Positions 11,269 through 20,892 of a stretch of DNA of 64,000 bases are shown here, piece after piece. Source of the stretch: Leptospiraceae bacterium (lineage in GTDB: Bacteria; Spirochaetota; Leptospiria; Leptospirales; Leptonemataceae); contig JAVJNR010000005.1 of the NCBI GenBank assembly GCA_040217195.1, positions 320,001 through 384,000 on the forward strand, given 5' to 3'. The notes under the pieces were generated by a model. It searched no databases. It was not told the origin of the DNA and saw nothing but the letters and a program-made list of their open reading frames with translations. Both the position numbers and the translations under genes were made by a program. Every line of letters starts with the position of its first letter. The stretch's first letter is position 1.

Positions 11269-12384
11269 ATGCCCTTAAAACAGACCCCCCTTCATTCCTG
11301 GCACAGGGAACATAATGGCCGAATGGTCCCTTTTGCGGGATGGGAGATGCCTGTGCAATATTCATCGATCATTGAGGAACATAAAACAGTTAGAGAATTT
11401 TGTGGATTATTCGATGTATCGCATATGGGTGAGCTTCGCATAAAGGGACCGGATGCAGCCAAATTGCTTGAGACAATGTGCTGTAACCACGTAGAAACCC
11501 TGAAAACAGGCAAAATCCGCTATAATGCGGTCCTAAACGAACAGGGAGGTCTACGGGATGATGTGACCATTTTTCGCATCGATGACCTGGAATACTTTAT
11601 TATTGTTAACGCTTCGAATTCGGATAAGGTTTTCGAAGCCATGGATAGCTATGCGAAAGGCCAAAACCTGGATGTGCAGGTAGTAAACGAAAGTGAAAAG
11701 TGGCACCTCATCGCCATACAGGGGCCAGAAGCAGAGACTATATTATCTCAAGAACTGGGCCAGGACCTCTCGGACATAGGTTATTTCGCATTCAAGGATC
11801 TTGAGTATTCCGGCAGTCCGGTAGTAGTCAGCCGCACCGGGTACACAGGCGAAGATGGTTTTGAAATACTAAGTGACTCTAAAGTAGGTGTTAAACTATG
11901 GGACAAGCTTCTCTCTATTGAGTTGCAGGGACGCAAAGCTCTTCCCATCGGCCTGGGAGCCCGGGACAGTCTGCGACTGGAGGCTCGATATCCATTGTAT
12001 GGTCATGAGCTTTCAGAAGATCTCACTCCGGTGGAAAGCGGTATCGGCTGGATCGTGAAGGAAAAGGACATCCCCTGCTTCGCAATGGAAAAACTACTGA
12101 AGCAGAAGACGGAAGGCACATCCAGAAGTGTTATTGGATTTGTATTAAAGGGCCCTGGAATCCCCCGGGAAGACTACAACGTCTATTCTAACGGAGAAAT
12201 CATCGGTAAGGTTGTGAGCGGCTCCCATTCACCGGTTCGCAAAGAAGGTATTGGAACTGCATTACTGGAAAGCCCGGCCTCGCAAGAGTTAACAGTGGAG
12301 ATCAGGCAGAAACAAGTCCCCATAGAAATCGTTGAAGGTCCCTTCGTTCAGGGGACTGCAGGCAAAAAAAGGAAAGACCGGTAA
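11269..12384 (+). CDS. gcvT: Glycine cleavage system aminomethyltransferase T
   Basis: FAGWEMPVQY, GLFDVSHMGE, RTGYTGEDGFE, GLGARDSLRLEA; the ORF-track start at 10804 is too far upstream. Confidence 0.97.
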   Translation: MPLKQTPLHSWHREHNGRMVPFAGWEMPVQYSSIIEEHKTVREFCGLFDVSHMGELRIKGPDAAKLLETMCCNHVETLKTGKIRYNAVLNEQGGLRDDVTIFRIDDLEYFIIVNASNSDKVFEAMDSYAKGQNLDVQVVNESEKWHLIAIQGPEAETILSQELGQDLSDIGYFAFKDLEYSGSPVVVSRTGYTGEDGFEILSDSKVGVKLWDKLLSIELQGRKALPIGLGARDSLRLEARYPLYGHELSEDLTPVESGIGWIVKEKDIPCFAMEKLLKQKTEGTSRSVIGFVLKGPGIPREDYNVYSNGEIIGKVVSGSHSPVRKEGIGTALLESPASQELTVEIRQKQVPIEIVEGPFVQGTAGKKRKDR

Positions 12385-12445
12385 CTGTATTTACAATAGA
12401 GACCTTCCTCTTAATCTGGATAAAAAGCACCAATCGGAGCGAAAT

Positions 12446-12835
12446 ATGTCTAATATTCCTGATAATCTTAAATATACAAAAGACCATGAATGGGCTCTCC
12501 AGGAAGGAGATTCAGTCAAGGTCGGAATTACGGACTATGCTCAGAACTCTCTCGGCGATATAGTCTATGTTGAGGTTCGAGAGCAAGGAAACGAGGTAAA
12601 TCAGGGCGATAGTTTTGGAACCATTGAGTCGGTGAAGGCCGCAGAGGATCTGTACGCTCCCATCAAAGGAAACGTGGCTGAAGTGAACGATGACGTACTA
12701 AATGGCCCGGAAAAAGTAAACTCGGACCCCTACGGATCGTGGCTAATCAAGATGACTGGAGTCGACCAGGGAGAATTGGATGCCCTGATGGATCCGGCCG
12801 CCTATAAAGAATTCGTAGCTTCTCTCGAAGAATAA
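12446..12835 (+). CDS. gcvH: Glycine cleavage system H protein
   Basis: YTKDHEW, GITDYAQ, IESVKAA lipoyl lysine. Confidence 0.97.
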   Translation: MSNIPDNLKYTKDHEWALQEGDSVKVGITDYAQNSLGDIVYVEVREQGNEVNQGDSFGTIESVKAAEDLYAPIKGNVAEVNDDVLNGPEKVNSDPYGSWLIKMTGVDQGELDALMDPAAYKEFVASLEE

Positions 12836-12871
12836 TCGCCGCCGGCAAAGTTGCGAGGCCAAAGGATCTGT

Positions 12872-13660
12872 ATTGTGTCTAACATTGCATGGCCACTGAA
12901 AGCTGGCCAGACACTAGTCCCTGAACCCGCATCCGCTCTAAATGGCATCCGAACCGCAACGGCCCGCATACCTTCTCGGACGACAGGAGCAAACCACCCT
13001 CGGGACGCAACTGAATGTGCCTAATCGCGGTGCTGAACCAGTGGCCGCTACTTAACCCTGGCGAATCCGGTGCTCACAACTGGCATGTTTTGTCATTACT
13101 ACTGCGACTCCCCCACTTCAGGATAGACAGAGGGGCCTGGCCTCAGCTCGTGCGGGCAGATTATGTCTCTTCCTCCAGAGAATGGCCTGCCCCATTGTTC
13201 GGTCCAGGCTAGTTTGCCCCCAATTATTATGTCACATCGTGCAACGGAGTGGCTCCTGAGCCGGCATCCGGGGCCCATCAAAGAGATGAAGCCCCGATTA
13301 TGTCACATCCCAACTCCAGCTTCTGGACCAGAAGCCAGTTTCGAGCCGAAGCGTAGCCGGGATTATGTCGCATTAGGCAGTGATATACTCCCGCATTCCC
13401 GGCGGATGTTGGGATGTTGATTCAGGACGGTTTGGCCGGATGATTGCCTGATCTGCGATAGATTGCATCGACACGCAGTCTCCAGTAAGCCCTGTGGGAC
13501 GGGATTATTTCGCATTACCGAATTAATTCCACTGGACTGCCCTCCAGGTGCAAAGCGGAGTCTTCAGCGCAAATTATGTCACATTGCAGAAAAAGGGTTC
13601 TCTCTTAAAAATTCGATCAGCTCAATTCGGCAGCGATCGACCCAGATTCTGTCACATTAG
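12872..13660. repeat. Interspaced array of an ATTATGTC[A/G]CAT motif at ~70-bp period
   Basis: Strong copies at 13160, 13226, 13297, 13362, 13504, 13573, 13646; weak in-phase copies at 12872, 13014, 13087; spacers unique. Confidence 0.8.
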
Positions 13661-14003
13661 TCAGAAATGCAACTCCCTGAAAGCGTAATCGAATAGTGCA
13701 ACCGGCGAACCGAATCAGGGGCCACTCTTACAGCGTATAGAGAGAGTGGGCGATTTTCCGAATCGATGGGCTCTCCCTACCCCCGGCGGCTCCGAACACT
13801 GGCATCCAGGGTCATCCGGGCGGATCCAGAGTCTCGGGAAGGGCGCCCCCCGGGCCTGAGTGTCTGATAAGCCCCCTCCTGTGCAGCATTCCAAGCATGT
13901 GACTTAAAATTTGCTGGCCAAGGTACGCCGTCCTGCAAAAATGCTTTTCATATCGAGACTTTTTGATATGTTGATATGACAGCCCCTTATCAGGAGAGCA
14001 AAA

Positions 14004-15329
14004 GTGAAATATTTTCCCATTTCCCCGGAACAGATGGAGGATCGGCTCCAATCCATAGGATTTTCGAGTACATCTGACCTATTTCGATCCATTCCCGAAG
14101 CGCTTCGAGTCCGTACTGATGCCAGGTTGCCAGCTCCGGCCTCTGAAATCGAAATCCGCCGGGAATACCAGCCTAAAGAAAGCGCCGCCATAGATCACAA
14201 CTTCATGGGAGGTAATGGTCATTACCATTATGTGCCTTCCATCATCGATCCTCTTATTTCCAGGGGAGAATTCCTCACAGCCTATACCCCGTATCAACCG
14301 GAGGTGAGCCAGGGCAGCCTCCAGGCAATGTTCGAGTTTCAGTCCATGATGGCAGACCTGATGGGCGTAGAGGTCTCCAATGCATCCCTCTATGACGGCT
14401 CCACAGCCATGATTGAAGCGGCCATGATGGCGGTCCGTGTTCGAAGGAAGAATCGAGTGGTATTCGCAGATTCCATCCATCCGGAGTATCTGGAGACAAT
14501 GCAGACCTACGCCAACAGCGGCGTGTTCGAAACTGCAATGATTAAAACCTCTCAGGATGGCCGGCTGGATATTGCTTCTCTAAAAGAGAATCTGAACGAT
14601 GACACAGCCGCTCTGGTAATCCAGTCCCCGAACTACTATGGAATCATCGAAGACGTTGCTGCTGTAAAAAAAGAACTGGAACAGCACAACATCCTGCTCA
14701 TCGTCACGGTAACCGAAGCACTGTCCATGGCTCTGGTCAAGTCCCCTGGAAGTCAGGGTGCTGACATCGTATGTGGTGAAGCTCAGTCTTTTGGAGTTCC
14801 ACTTTCCTATGGTGGACCCTGGCTTGGGTTTATTGGAACATCTCAGAAACATATGCGAAGCCTTCCCGGTCGATTGATTGGGGAAGCGAAAGATATGGAT
14901 GGTCGAAGAGCTTTTGTTGTGACTCTTGCAGCAAGAGAACAGCATATTCGCCGACAAAAGGCCACTTCCAATATCTGCACAAACCAGGGACTGATGGCCC
15001 TTCGTTGCACCATTTATCTGGAGTTGATGGGTAAGAAAGGACTTCGAAGGGCGGCCGAGCGTAGCGCCCGATTTGCCGCCCTGGGACGACAACTCTTACG
15101 GGAACAAACAGATCTCAAGCTAAAGTATCCGGATTCCCCCATATTTAACGAATTCATGATTGAAACTCCGGTGCCTGCAGAAACGGTCTTTGATCGATGC
15201 ATTAAAGGTTCGAAAATTGCCTGCGGTACGGTAGCCGGTCCAAATCAGTTGCTCATAGCATTTAATGAAACAATGAGCCCCGAGGCAGTGAAGCAATGGG
15301 TGCTATCTGTAAAGGCTGCCTCCAAATAG
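14004..15329 (+). CDS. gcvPA: Glycine dehydrogenase subunit 1
   Basis: TAYTPYQPEVSQG, NASLYDG, GGPWLG, REQHIRR.KATSNICTNQ; GTG start with GGAG RBS. Confidence 0.96.
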   Translation: MKYFPISPEQMEDRLQSIGFSSTSDLFRSIPEALRVRTDARLPAPASEIEIRREYQPKESAAIDHNFMGGNGHYHYVPSIIDPLISRGEFLTAYTPYQPEVSQGSLQAMFEFQSMMADLMGVEVSNASLYDGSTAMIEAAMMAVRVRRKNRVVFADSIHPEYLETMQTYANSGVFETAMIKTSQDGRLDIASLKENLNDDTAALVIQSPNYYGIIEDVAAVKKELEQHNILLIVTVTEALSMALVKSPGSQGADIVCGEAQSFGVPLSYGGPWLGFIGTSQKHMRSLPGRLIGEAKDMDGRRAFVVTLAAREQHIRRQKATSNICTNQGLMALRCTIYLELMGKKGLRRAAERSARFAALGRQLLREQTDLKLKYPDSPIFNEFMIETPVPAETVFDRCIKGSKIACGTVAGPNQLLIAFNETMSPEAVKQWVLSVKAASK

Positions 15330-15366
15330 GAACAATCTAAAGCAACAGACTGAAAGAGAGAGTATT

Positions 15367-16893
15367 ATGCTAACAGAAGAAAGAACTACTTCGCTAAATG
15401 CAAATTCAAACGGAAAAGATCAGATGCAACTTTCCGTAACCAGAAATGGCCAGATTTATGAGGAACCCTTGATCTTTGAAAGATCCATGGCAGGTCGAGT
15501 GGGATTTAGCTTTCCCGATGATGATGAAGGTCTGGAACATGAAGTGGCAGGCTTTTCGCGCGAAGAGGACTCACTGCATTTACCCGAGGTAAGCGAACCT
15601 GAAGTGGTAAGGCATTTCACCCGGCTATCAACCTGGAATTATGGCATTGATCTAAACCTTTATCCTCTGGGCTCTTGCAGCATGAAGTATAATCCTCGAA
15701 TTAATGAAGAGATTGCTGCTTTGCCCCACTTCAAAGATGCTCATCCTTCATTGCCAGTGGCCTACAGTCAGGATGTATTCAAAGTTGTGTACGAACTCCA
15801 GGATATGCTCTGCCAGCTCACAGATATGCCAGGGATTACTCTGCAGCCGGCGGCCGGGGCTCATGGCGAGTTAACAGGATTGTTTTTGATTCAAGCCTAT
15901 CACAGAAAGAAAGGCGAAGAAAGAAAAGTGATCCTGGTACCGGACAGTGCCCATGGTACCAATCCGGCAAGTTGCACTCTTGCCGGGTATGATGTGAAGG
16001 AACTGAAGTCCACCAAACAGGGATTGCTGGATCTGGAAGATCTAAAAGCCAACCTGACGGCCGAAGTTGCAGGCTTGATGATTACCAATCCAAACACAGT
16101 TGGTGTCTTCGAAACGAACATTCGGGCCATCGCGGACCTGCTGCATGAAAATGACTCCCTACTCTATATGGATGGCGCAAACTATAATGCCATTATTGGC
16201 CAGGCATCCCTGGGGGAAATGGGAGTGGATGTTAGTCACTTAAATTTGCACAAAACATTCTCCACACCCCATGGCGGTGGTGGTCCAGGCGGAGCCGCGG
16301 TTGTAGTTTCCGATCGACTGAAAGACTTTTTACCCGGGCCTCAAGTTGTGAAAACCGGCGAGGATAGCTATGACCTGGAATCGGCCAAATTCAGCATTGG
16401 TCGGATGAAGTCTGGGATTGGTCATTTTGGTGTCCTGCTCAGGGCCTGCATTTTTATTCGAAGTCATGGAAATCAAATGGGCGCCATTGCAGAGCACTCT
16501 GTATTGAATGCTAACATCGTTAGAAAGAACCTGGAAGAGCACTTTCAGTTAGCATCGGACAATGACTCCATGCATGAAGTGGTCTTCAGCGATGCACGGC
16601 AGAAAAAGACCGGGTTTTCGACCATGGATCTGGCCAAAGCTCTTATCGATTATGGCTATCATCCGCCCACCGTATACTTTCCTCTAAGTGTTCATGGAGC
16701 CATAATGATTGAGCCCACGGAATCGGAAAGTCCGGAGACTCTGGATCATTTTTCCGAAGTGATGAAAGACATTGCCAGCCGAATGCAGGCTGGAGATTCC
16801 GATCTGTCTGCAGCTCCGCATCGGGCCTATGTGACCCGAATCGATGAGGCATCTGCAGCAAGGAACCCGGTTCTAAATTACTTTACAAAATAA
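15367..16893 (+). CDS. gcvPB: Glycine dehydrogenase subunit 2
   Basis: YPLGSCSMKYN, SAHGTNPAS, HLNLHKTFSTPHGGGGPG, MIEPTESE. Confidence 0.97.
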   Translation: MLTEERTTSLNANSNGKDQMQLSVTRNGQIYEEPLIFERSMAGRVGFSFPDDDEGLEHEVAGFSREEDSLHLPEVSEPEVVRHFTRLSTWNYGIDLNLYPLGSCSMKYNPRINEEIAALPHFKDAHPSLPVAYSQDVFKVVYELQDMLCQLTDMPGITLQPAAGAHGELTGLFLIQAYHRKKGEERKVILVPDSAHGTNPASCTLAGYDVKELKSTKQGLLDLEDLKANLTAEVAGLMITNPNTVGVFETNIRAIADLLHENDSLLYMDGANYNAIIGQASLGEMGVDVSHLNLHKTFSTPHGGGGPGGAAVVVSDRLKDFLPGPQVVKTGEDSYDLESAKFSIGRMKSGIGHFGVLLRACIFIRSHGNQMGAIAEHSVLNANIVRKNLEEHFQLASDNDSMHEVVFSDARQKKTGFSTMDLAKALIDYGYHPPTVYFPLSVHGAIMIEPTESESPETLDHFSEVMKDIASRMQAGDSDLSAAPHRAYVTRIDEASAARNPVLNYFTK

Positions 16894-16919
16894 CAGCGCA
16901 AGGACCAGTGTGAACGGGT

Positions 16920-17201
16920 ATGGAATGGGAAAAGGTTCTACGGGACTCTGTAAAGAATGGTACAATACGAGAGCTCCATCTAAGGCATGTGCCGGTGCTA
17001 AAAACCTGCGAAAACTGGAATGCCGTAGAAGAAGTAGGACTGATTGACCATCAGACCCGTTTTGCTCATTACAAAGGCATAATCGTAAAATACGGGGAAC
17101 GTATTTTTTACGTTCCGGAAAAGCGCATGGAAGCCCTGGCGCCCTACAGGCCCTGGAAAACCAAGGTGCGATTAAAAGTTACCGATCTAGAAAAGAAATA
17201 A
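16920..17201 (+). CDS. Hypothetical protein
   Basis: 93-aa ORF fitting tightly between gcvPB and the Nudix gene. Confidence 0.75.
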   Translation: MEWEKVLRDSVKNGTIRELHLRHVPVLKTCENWNAVEEVGLIDHQTRFAHYKGIIVKYGERIFYVPEKRMEALAPYRPWKTKVRLKVTDLEKK

Positions 17202-17203
17202 GC

Positions 17204-17632
17204 ATGGAATACCGGAACCCGGTACCCACTGTGGATCTGATCATCCGTCTGCCAGACGGAGTTGTAATCATTGAAAGAAAAAATGAGCCTCTGGGATATG
17301 CACTTCCCGGTGGCTTTGTGGATGAATGGGAGCCTGTGGAAAAAGCGGCCGTTCGGGAAGCGCAGGAAGAAACCGGACTAACCGTTACACTGGATGAACT
17401 GTTCTACGTTTACTCCAATCCGGAAAGAGATCCCAGAAGACATACAATATCCGTTGTATTTCTGGCCCATGCAGATGCAAATCCAGTGGCCGGTGATGAT
17501 GCATCAGCGGTACACGTTGTGCCCGAAGCTGAACTCAGAAATTATGAAATGGCCTTCGACCATGGGACCATTGTCAGCGAATACCTGGAATTCAGACGAA
17601 GCGGCCAACGACCATTACACTCACCGACTTAA
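17204..17632 (+). CDS. Nudix hydrolase
   Basis: LPGGFVD...AAVREAQEETGL Nudix box; RDPR, AGDDA, AFDH. Confidence 0.93.
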   Translation: MEYRNPVPTVDLIIRLPDGVVIIERKNEPLGYALPGGFVDEWEPVEKAAVREAQEETGLTVTLDELFYVYSNPERDPRRHTISVVFLAHADANPVAGDDASAVHVVPEAELRNYEMAFDHGTIVSEYLEFRRSGQRPLHSPT

Positions 17633-17825
17633 TTTCGACTGAAAACCACGGGCACTAATAAGTAAAGCTCCGCAACGGCCGCAGCCAGCACTATATCCCG
17701 AAAACAGCCCGTTGCCCCTGATCCTTTGCCTGGATTCAAAGCCAGGCCAGAACTGACCGCAAATGATTCGAGCAAGTAGGACTCAGTCGGCAAAACTCGG
17801 ACTCTGGGATCCAGTTTATCTGGCA

Positions 17826-18848
17826 CTAACCTCCGGCGCCGTTTTGGGAAGCCTCCAGTTGCCTTAAGAAAAATGCCATGCTGGACACAACCTGATGCAC
17901 CCGAAGAGGAAGATCCAGTCCATACTGAACCGTTCCATGGGAAATCAACGGAGTAAGGCAAACCCTTGCTGGAACATGATCCCTTAGATGATCATAGAGC
18001 AGCCGGGACTCCCCCGGAGGAATAACATTGTCCCGGTCCCCATGGATCAAAGTAACCGATGCCTGAATATCTGGACAATGTTGAATAACATCAATTCTTG
18101 CTGCAATCTTGCGAATCTCTGGATGATTCAGGATTCTATCCTTGATGCTTCGCCTGTAAGATGCATCGTGCAATATACGATAGAACTCCTTGCGAACGGC
18201 AGGACTCACATTGGCCAGAACAACAGGCAGTTGACGCGGATTTCTGTTCAGGCCATTGTCCAGAGCAGCCTGTTCAAAGCAATGCCTGAGACTCTGCACC
18301 TTCTTGCTTTTACCCGGTAGAAAGTTTTTTAGTACAACAAAAAAGCCATAGGGATCCCTGTCTTCAGCATCGAAGAGATGTTCCACAACAGACATTACGT
18401 GTCCAAAGGGCCCCACAAAGAGCATTGCCTTCACACTTCCAGCTGCCTTTCCGGAAGCAGCCACCATAGCCAGTGATCCAGAAAAAGAAGCAGAAAAGAC
18501 TCCTACCGGCCCCCGATTGTCCAGTTTTGAAAGTGCCATTAGATCATCTTCCATATGATGGATGCTTTCCGGATTCACGGTAAGGTTGCGAATTTCACTG
18601 TAATCAGGTAGAATCACTTCATAGCCGTTCGCAGCAAAGGCGCTGGCCAGAACATGAATTCTGGGATCCTCATTTCCCCTGGCAGTCATTCCATGTACGG
18701 CCAGAAGGGTTCCTCTAAAAGAACCATCCTCCGGTAGCACCCGAATCGCCTGCCTGCCATTCAAAGTGATGCGGGAATGCTTGCCATAGGAACGGAGACC
18801 TCTGAACATGCGGAAAACAATGCTGAGGCCTCGGCTGTAGTATCCCAT
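17826..18848 (-). CDS. Alpha/beta hydrolase-fold protein
   Basis: VHGM, nucleophile-elbow-like SASFSG, IHGDRDNVIP, C-terminal ISH. Confidence 0.75.
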   Translation of the reverse strand: MGYYSRGLSIVFRMFRGLRSYGKHSRITLNGRQAIRVLPEDGSFRGTLLAVHGMTARGNEDPRIHVLASAFAANGYEVILPDYSEIRNLTVNPESIHHMEDDLMALSKLDNRGPVGVFSASFSGSLAMVAASGKAAGSVKAMLFVGPFGHVMSVVEHLFDAEDRDPYGFFVVLKNFLPGKSKKVQSLRHCFEQAALDNGLNRNPRQLPVVLANVSPAVRKEFYRILHDASYRRSIKDRILNHPEIRKIAARIDVIQHCPDIQASVTLIHGDRDNVIPPGESRLLYDHLRDHVPARVCLTPLISHGTVQYGLDLPLRVHQVVSSMAFFLRQLEASQNGAGG

Positions 18849-18896
18849 GGCCCCATCAGCTTATACCAAACTCAGGAAGCAATACAGATTTCAATT

Positions 18897-19907
18897 ATGG
18901 ACTTGCAGGAAACAGAACGAATGCCCAAATCCGAACGTCTGGGCTGTCTGTATTTGACCTTTCTGCAAAGGCCCGGCGGCTTGAGCTTTGAGGAGATCCG
19001 TACCCTTATGCCGCTAGCCTATACTGGCGAACCGGAATCTGCACGTCGGAAATTTGAAAGAGATAAAGAGGATCTTAAAAAACTTGGACTCACCCTGAAG
19101 CATTACTCACCAGGTGAAGCTCTTCCGGATCGAATTGGAATGGCAGACAGTCATCTGTATATTCCTGAAGATGTACCGGAGCAACTGGATAGCATTTCTC
19201 TATCATCGCGAGAAAGGGAATCACTGGCCTCCCTCCTGCTAAGATCCATTGAGTCCGAAAAAGACAATCAGAGAAAAGAGAATCTAACGTCCATCTACAT
19301 CAAACTATTCTATAACAATTTACCCGGAGAGCTACCCGGACGTAGTCCACTACTGCGGAGCGAAAGCCAATCTCATCTGTCCCCTCATTTAAATGTGGTG
19401 CAGGAATCCCTGATGAAATCCAGGGTGCTGGATGCCCGGTATGAACCCGCGGCTGGAGGTCTGGAAAAAAGGACCCTGGAAGGCCGGGGATTGATCTACT
19501 ACAGAGGTCGATGGTGTCTGGTGGCCCGATCCAGAGAAAGTGGTCAAATTCGTTTTTATTACCTGGAACGATTCAAGAGCCTGAAGCTGGGAGCGGGCAC
19601 TTTTAAGCCGGACCCTGGATTTAACCTGAAGTCCATGTCCTTGCATCCGCTGGGCATTGAAATCCATGAAGAACGAACCATCACCGTAGAAATTACCAGA
19701 GCCTTTGGTCCCATGTTCTCGAATTTCCTTTCCGGCAATGAAGAAAAGATCAGTCGGAATAAGGATGAATACAAAATCCAGACAACCAATGAGCGAGCCC
19801 TTTTCCGATGGATTCTTCAACGTCCAGAATCGTTGATTCGGATGGATTCGGAAGCGGCCAGCAGAATGGATGCTTTCCTGGCAGAAATTGAGGAGCTGTA
19901 TAAGTAA
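18897..19907 (+). CDS. WYL-domain transcriptional regulator, PafB-like
   Basis: N-terminal wHTH with ARRKFERDKEDLKKLG; WYL core GRWCLVA...RFYYLERF; start may be 18921. Confidence 0.85.
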   Translation: MDLQETERMPKSERLGCLYLTFLQRPGGLSFEEIRTLMPLAYTGEPESARRKFERDKEDLKKLGLTLKHYSPGEALPDRIGMADSHLYIPEDVPEQLDSISLSSRERESLASLLLRSIESEKDNQRKENLTSIYIKLFYNNLPGELPGRSPLLRSESQSHLSPHLNVVQESLMKSRVLDARYEPAAGGLEKRTLEGRGLIYYRGRWCLVARSRESGQIRFYYLERFKSLKLGAGTFKPDPGFNLKSMSLHPLGIEIHEERTITVEITRAFGPMFSNFLSGNEEKISRNKDEYKIQTTNERALFRWILQRPESLIRMDSEAASRMDAFLAEIEELYK

Positions 19908-19908
19908 G

Positions 19909-20865
19909 ATGCCAACTCCGGACAAATTGAAGAGATTGCTGTCTCTCATTCCTGTCATGCATGCCAATCCAGGAATCAAGATTGAAAAGCTCATGTCCCT
20001 GAGCGGGTACTCGGATCGAAAGAAGTTTACCGAGGACCTGGATAACCTCATTATGCTGGGTGTTCCCCCTTTCTCGCCCGGCGACTATGTAGACATTGCC
20101 ATCGAAGGAGATTCGGTGACTCTGGAGTTTCCCCAGGGGCTGGAAAGGCCGCTGGCCCTTTCTGCTCTGGAATGGTCCGAGCTCATAGATGCAATTCAAA
20201 AGGATATGTCTTTTCGCACAGATCAGGGATTGAATCAGGAAGAGCTCTCAGGACTGCTGGAAAGAGTGGGCAAAACTCCGGTACTATTTGAGAAGCCTCC
20301 TACGGCGGACCAGAGTCGAAGAACCATCGAACAAGCATTGAGTGAAAAACAGGCTGTGATTTTTTTATATCCGGATCGAAAGCAGCAGTCCATGGAAGAA
20401 CGTTTTGTGGATCCCTGGGCCGTAGTTACTCACCTGGGCTTAATCTATCTCGTAGGATGGGATCGAAACAAAGAGGCTCCCAGACATTTTCGTATGGACC
20501 GGGCCGGAGAGATCCGCATCAGCCCGGAAACTAGACTGGAGCCCCCTCCTGCTGACCTGGCTTCCATGATCGAGAACTCCTACATTAAGAATCCTCTGGA
20601 AACATCCGGAGATGCTAGCATTGCGTTTCGGGCATCGGTACAGAAGAACCTGCAGCGAATTCTATCTCTGTCATCTGTGAAGGACTATTCGGATCGGCCT
20701 GGCTGGAAGAAGGCTCGGTGCTCCATTAGAGATACTGCCTGGTTTAGAGAGGTGATTCGCTCCTTTGGAGAAACCATTGAGATTCTGTCCCCTGAGGAAT
20801 TGCGCCAGGAAATCCAGGAAGATGTTCATAACCTGAGGCAAAAACTTCAGGCCTACCAGAATTGA
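19909..20865 (+). CDS. WYL-domain transcriptional regulator, PafC-like
   Basis: RLLSLIP...MLGVPPFSPGDYVDI; ERFVDPW...YLVGWD...RHFRMDR; WCX tail EILSPEELR. Confidence 0.87.
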   Translation: MPTPDKLKRLLSLIPVMHANPGIKIEKLMSLSGYSDRKKFTEDLDNLIMLGVPPFSPGDYVDIAIEGDSVTLEFPQGLERPLALSALEWSELIDAIQKDMSFRTDQGLNQEELSGLLERVGKTPVLFEKPPTADQSRRTIEQALSEKQAVIFLYPDRKQQSMEERFVDPWAVVTHLGLIYLVGWDRNKEAPRHFRMDRAGEIRISPETRLEPPPADLASMIENSYIKNPLETSGDASIAFRASVQKNLQRILSLSSVKDYSDRPGWKKARCSIRDTAWFREVIRSFGETIEILSPEELRQEIQEDVHNLRQKLQAYQN

Positions 20866-20892
20866 ACTAAAATTCTATAAAGCCAGCCCGAA

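Noticed and set aside
12872..13660. Canonical CRISPR array or protein-coding repeat
   Set aside because: Conserved part is only 12-13 bp, no cas genes; ORFs here are short, overlapping and lack recognisable motifs or RBS
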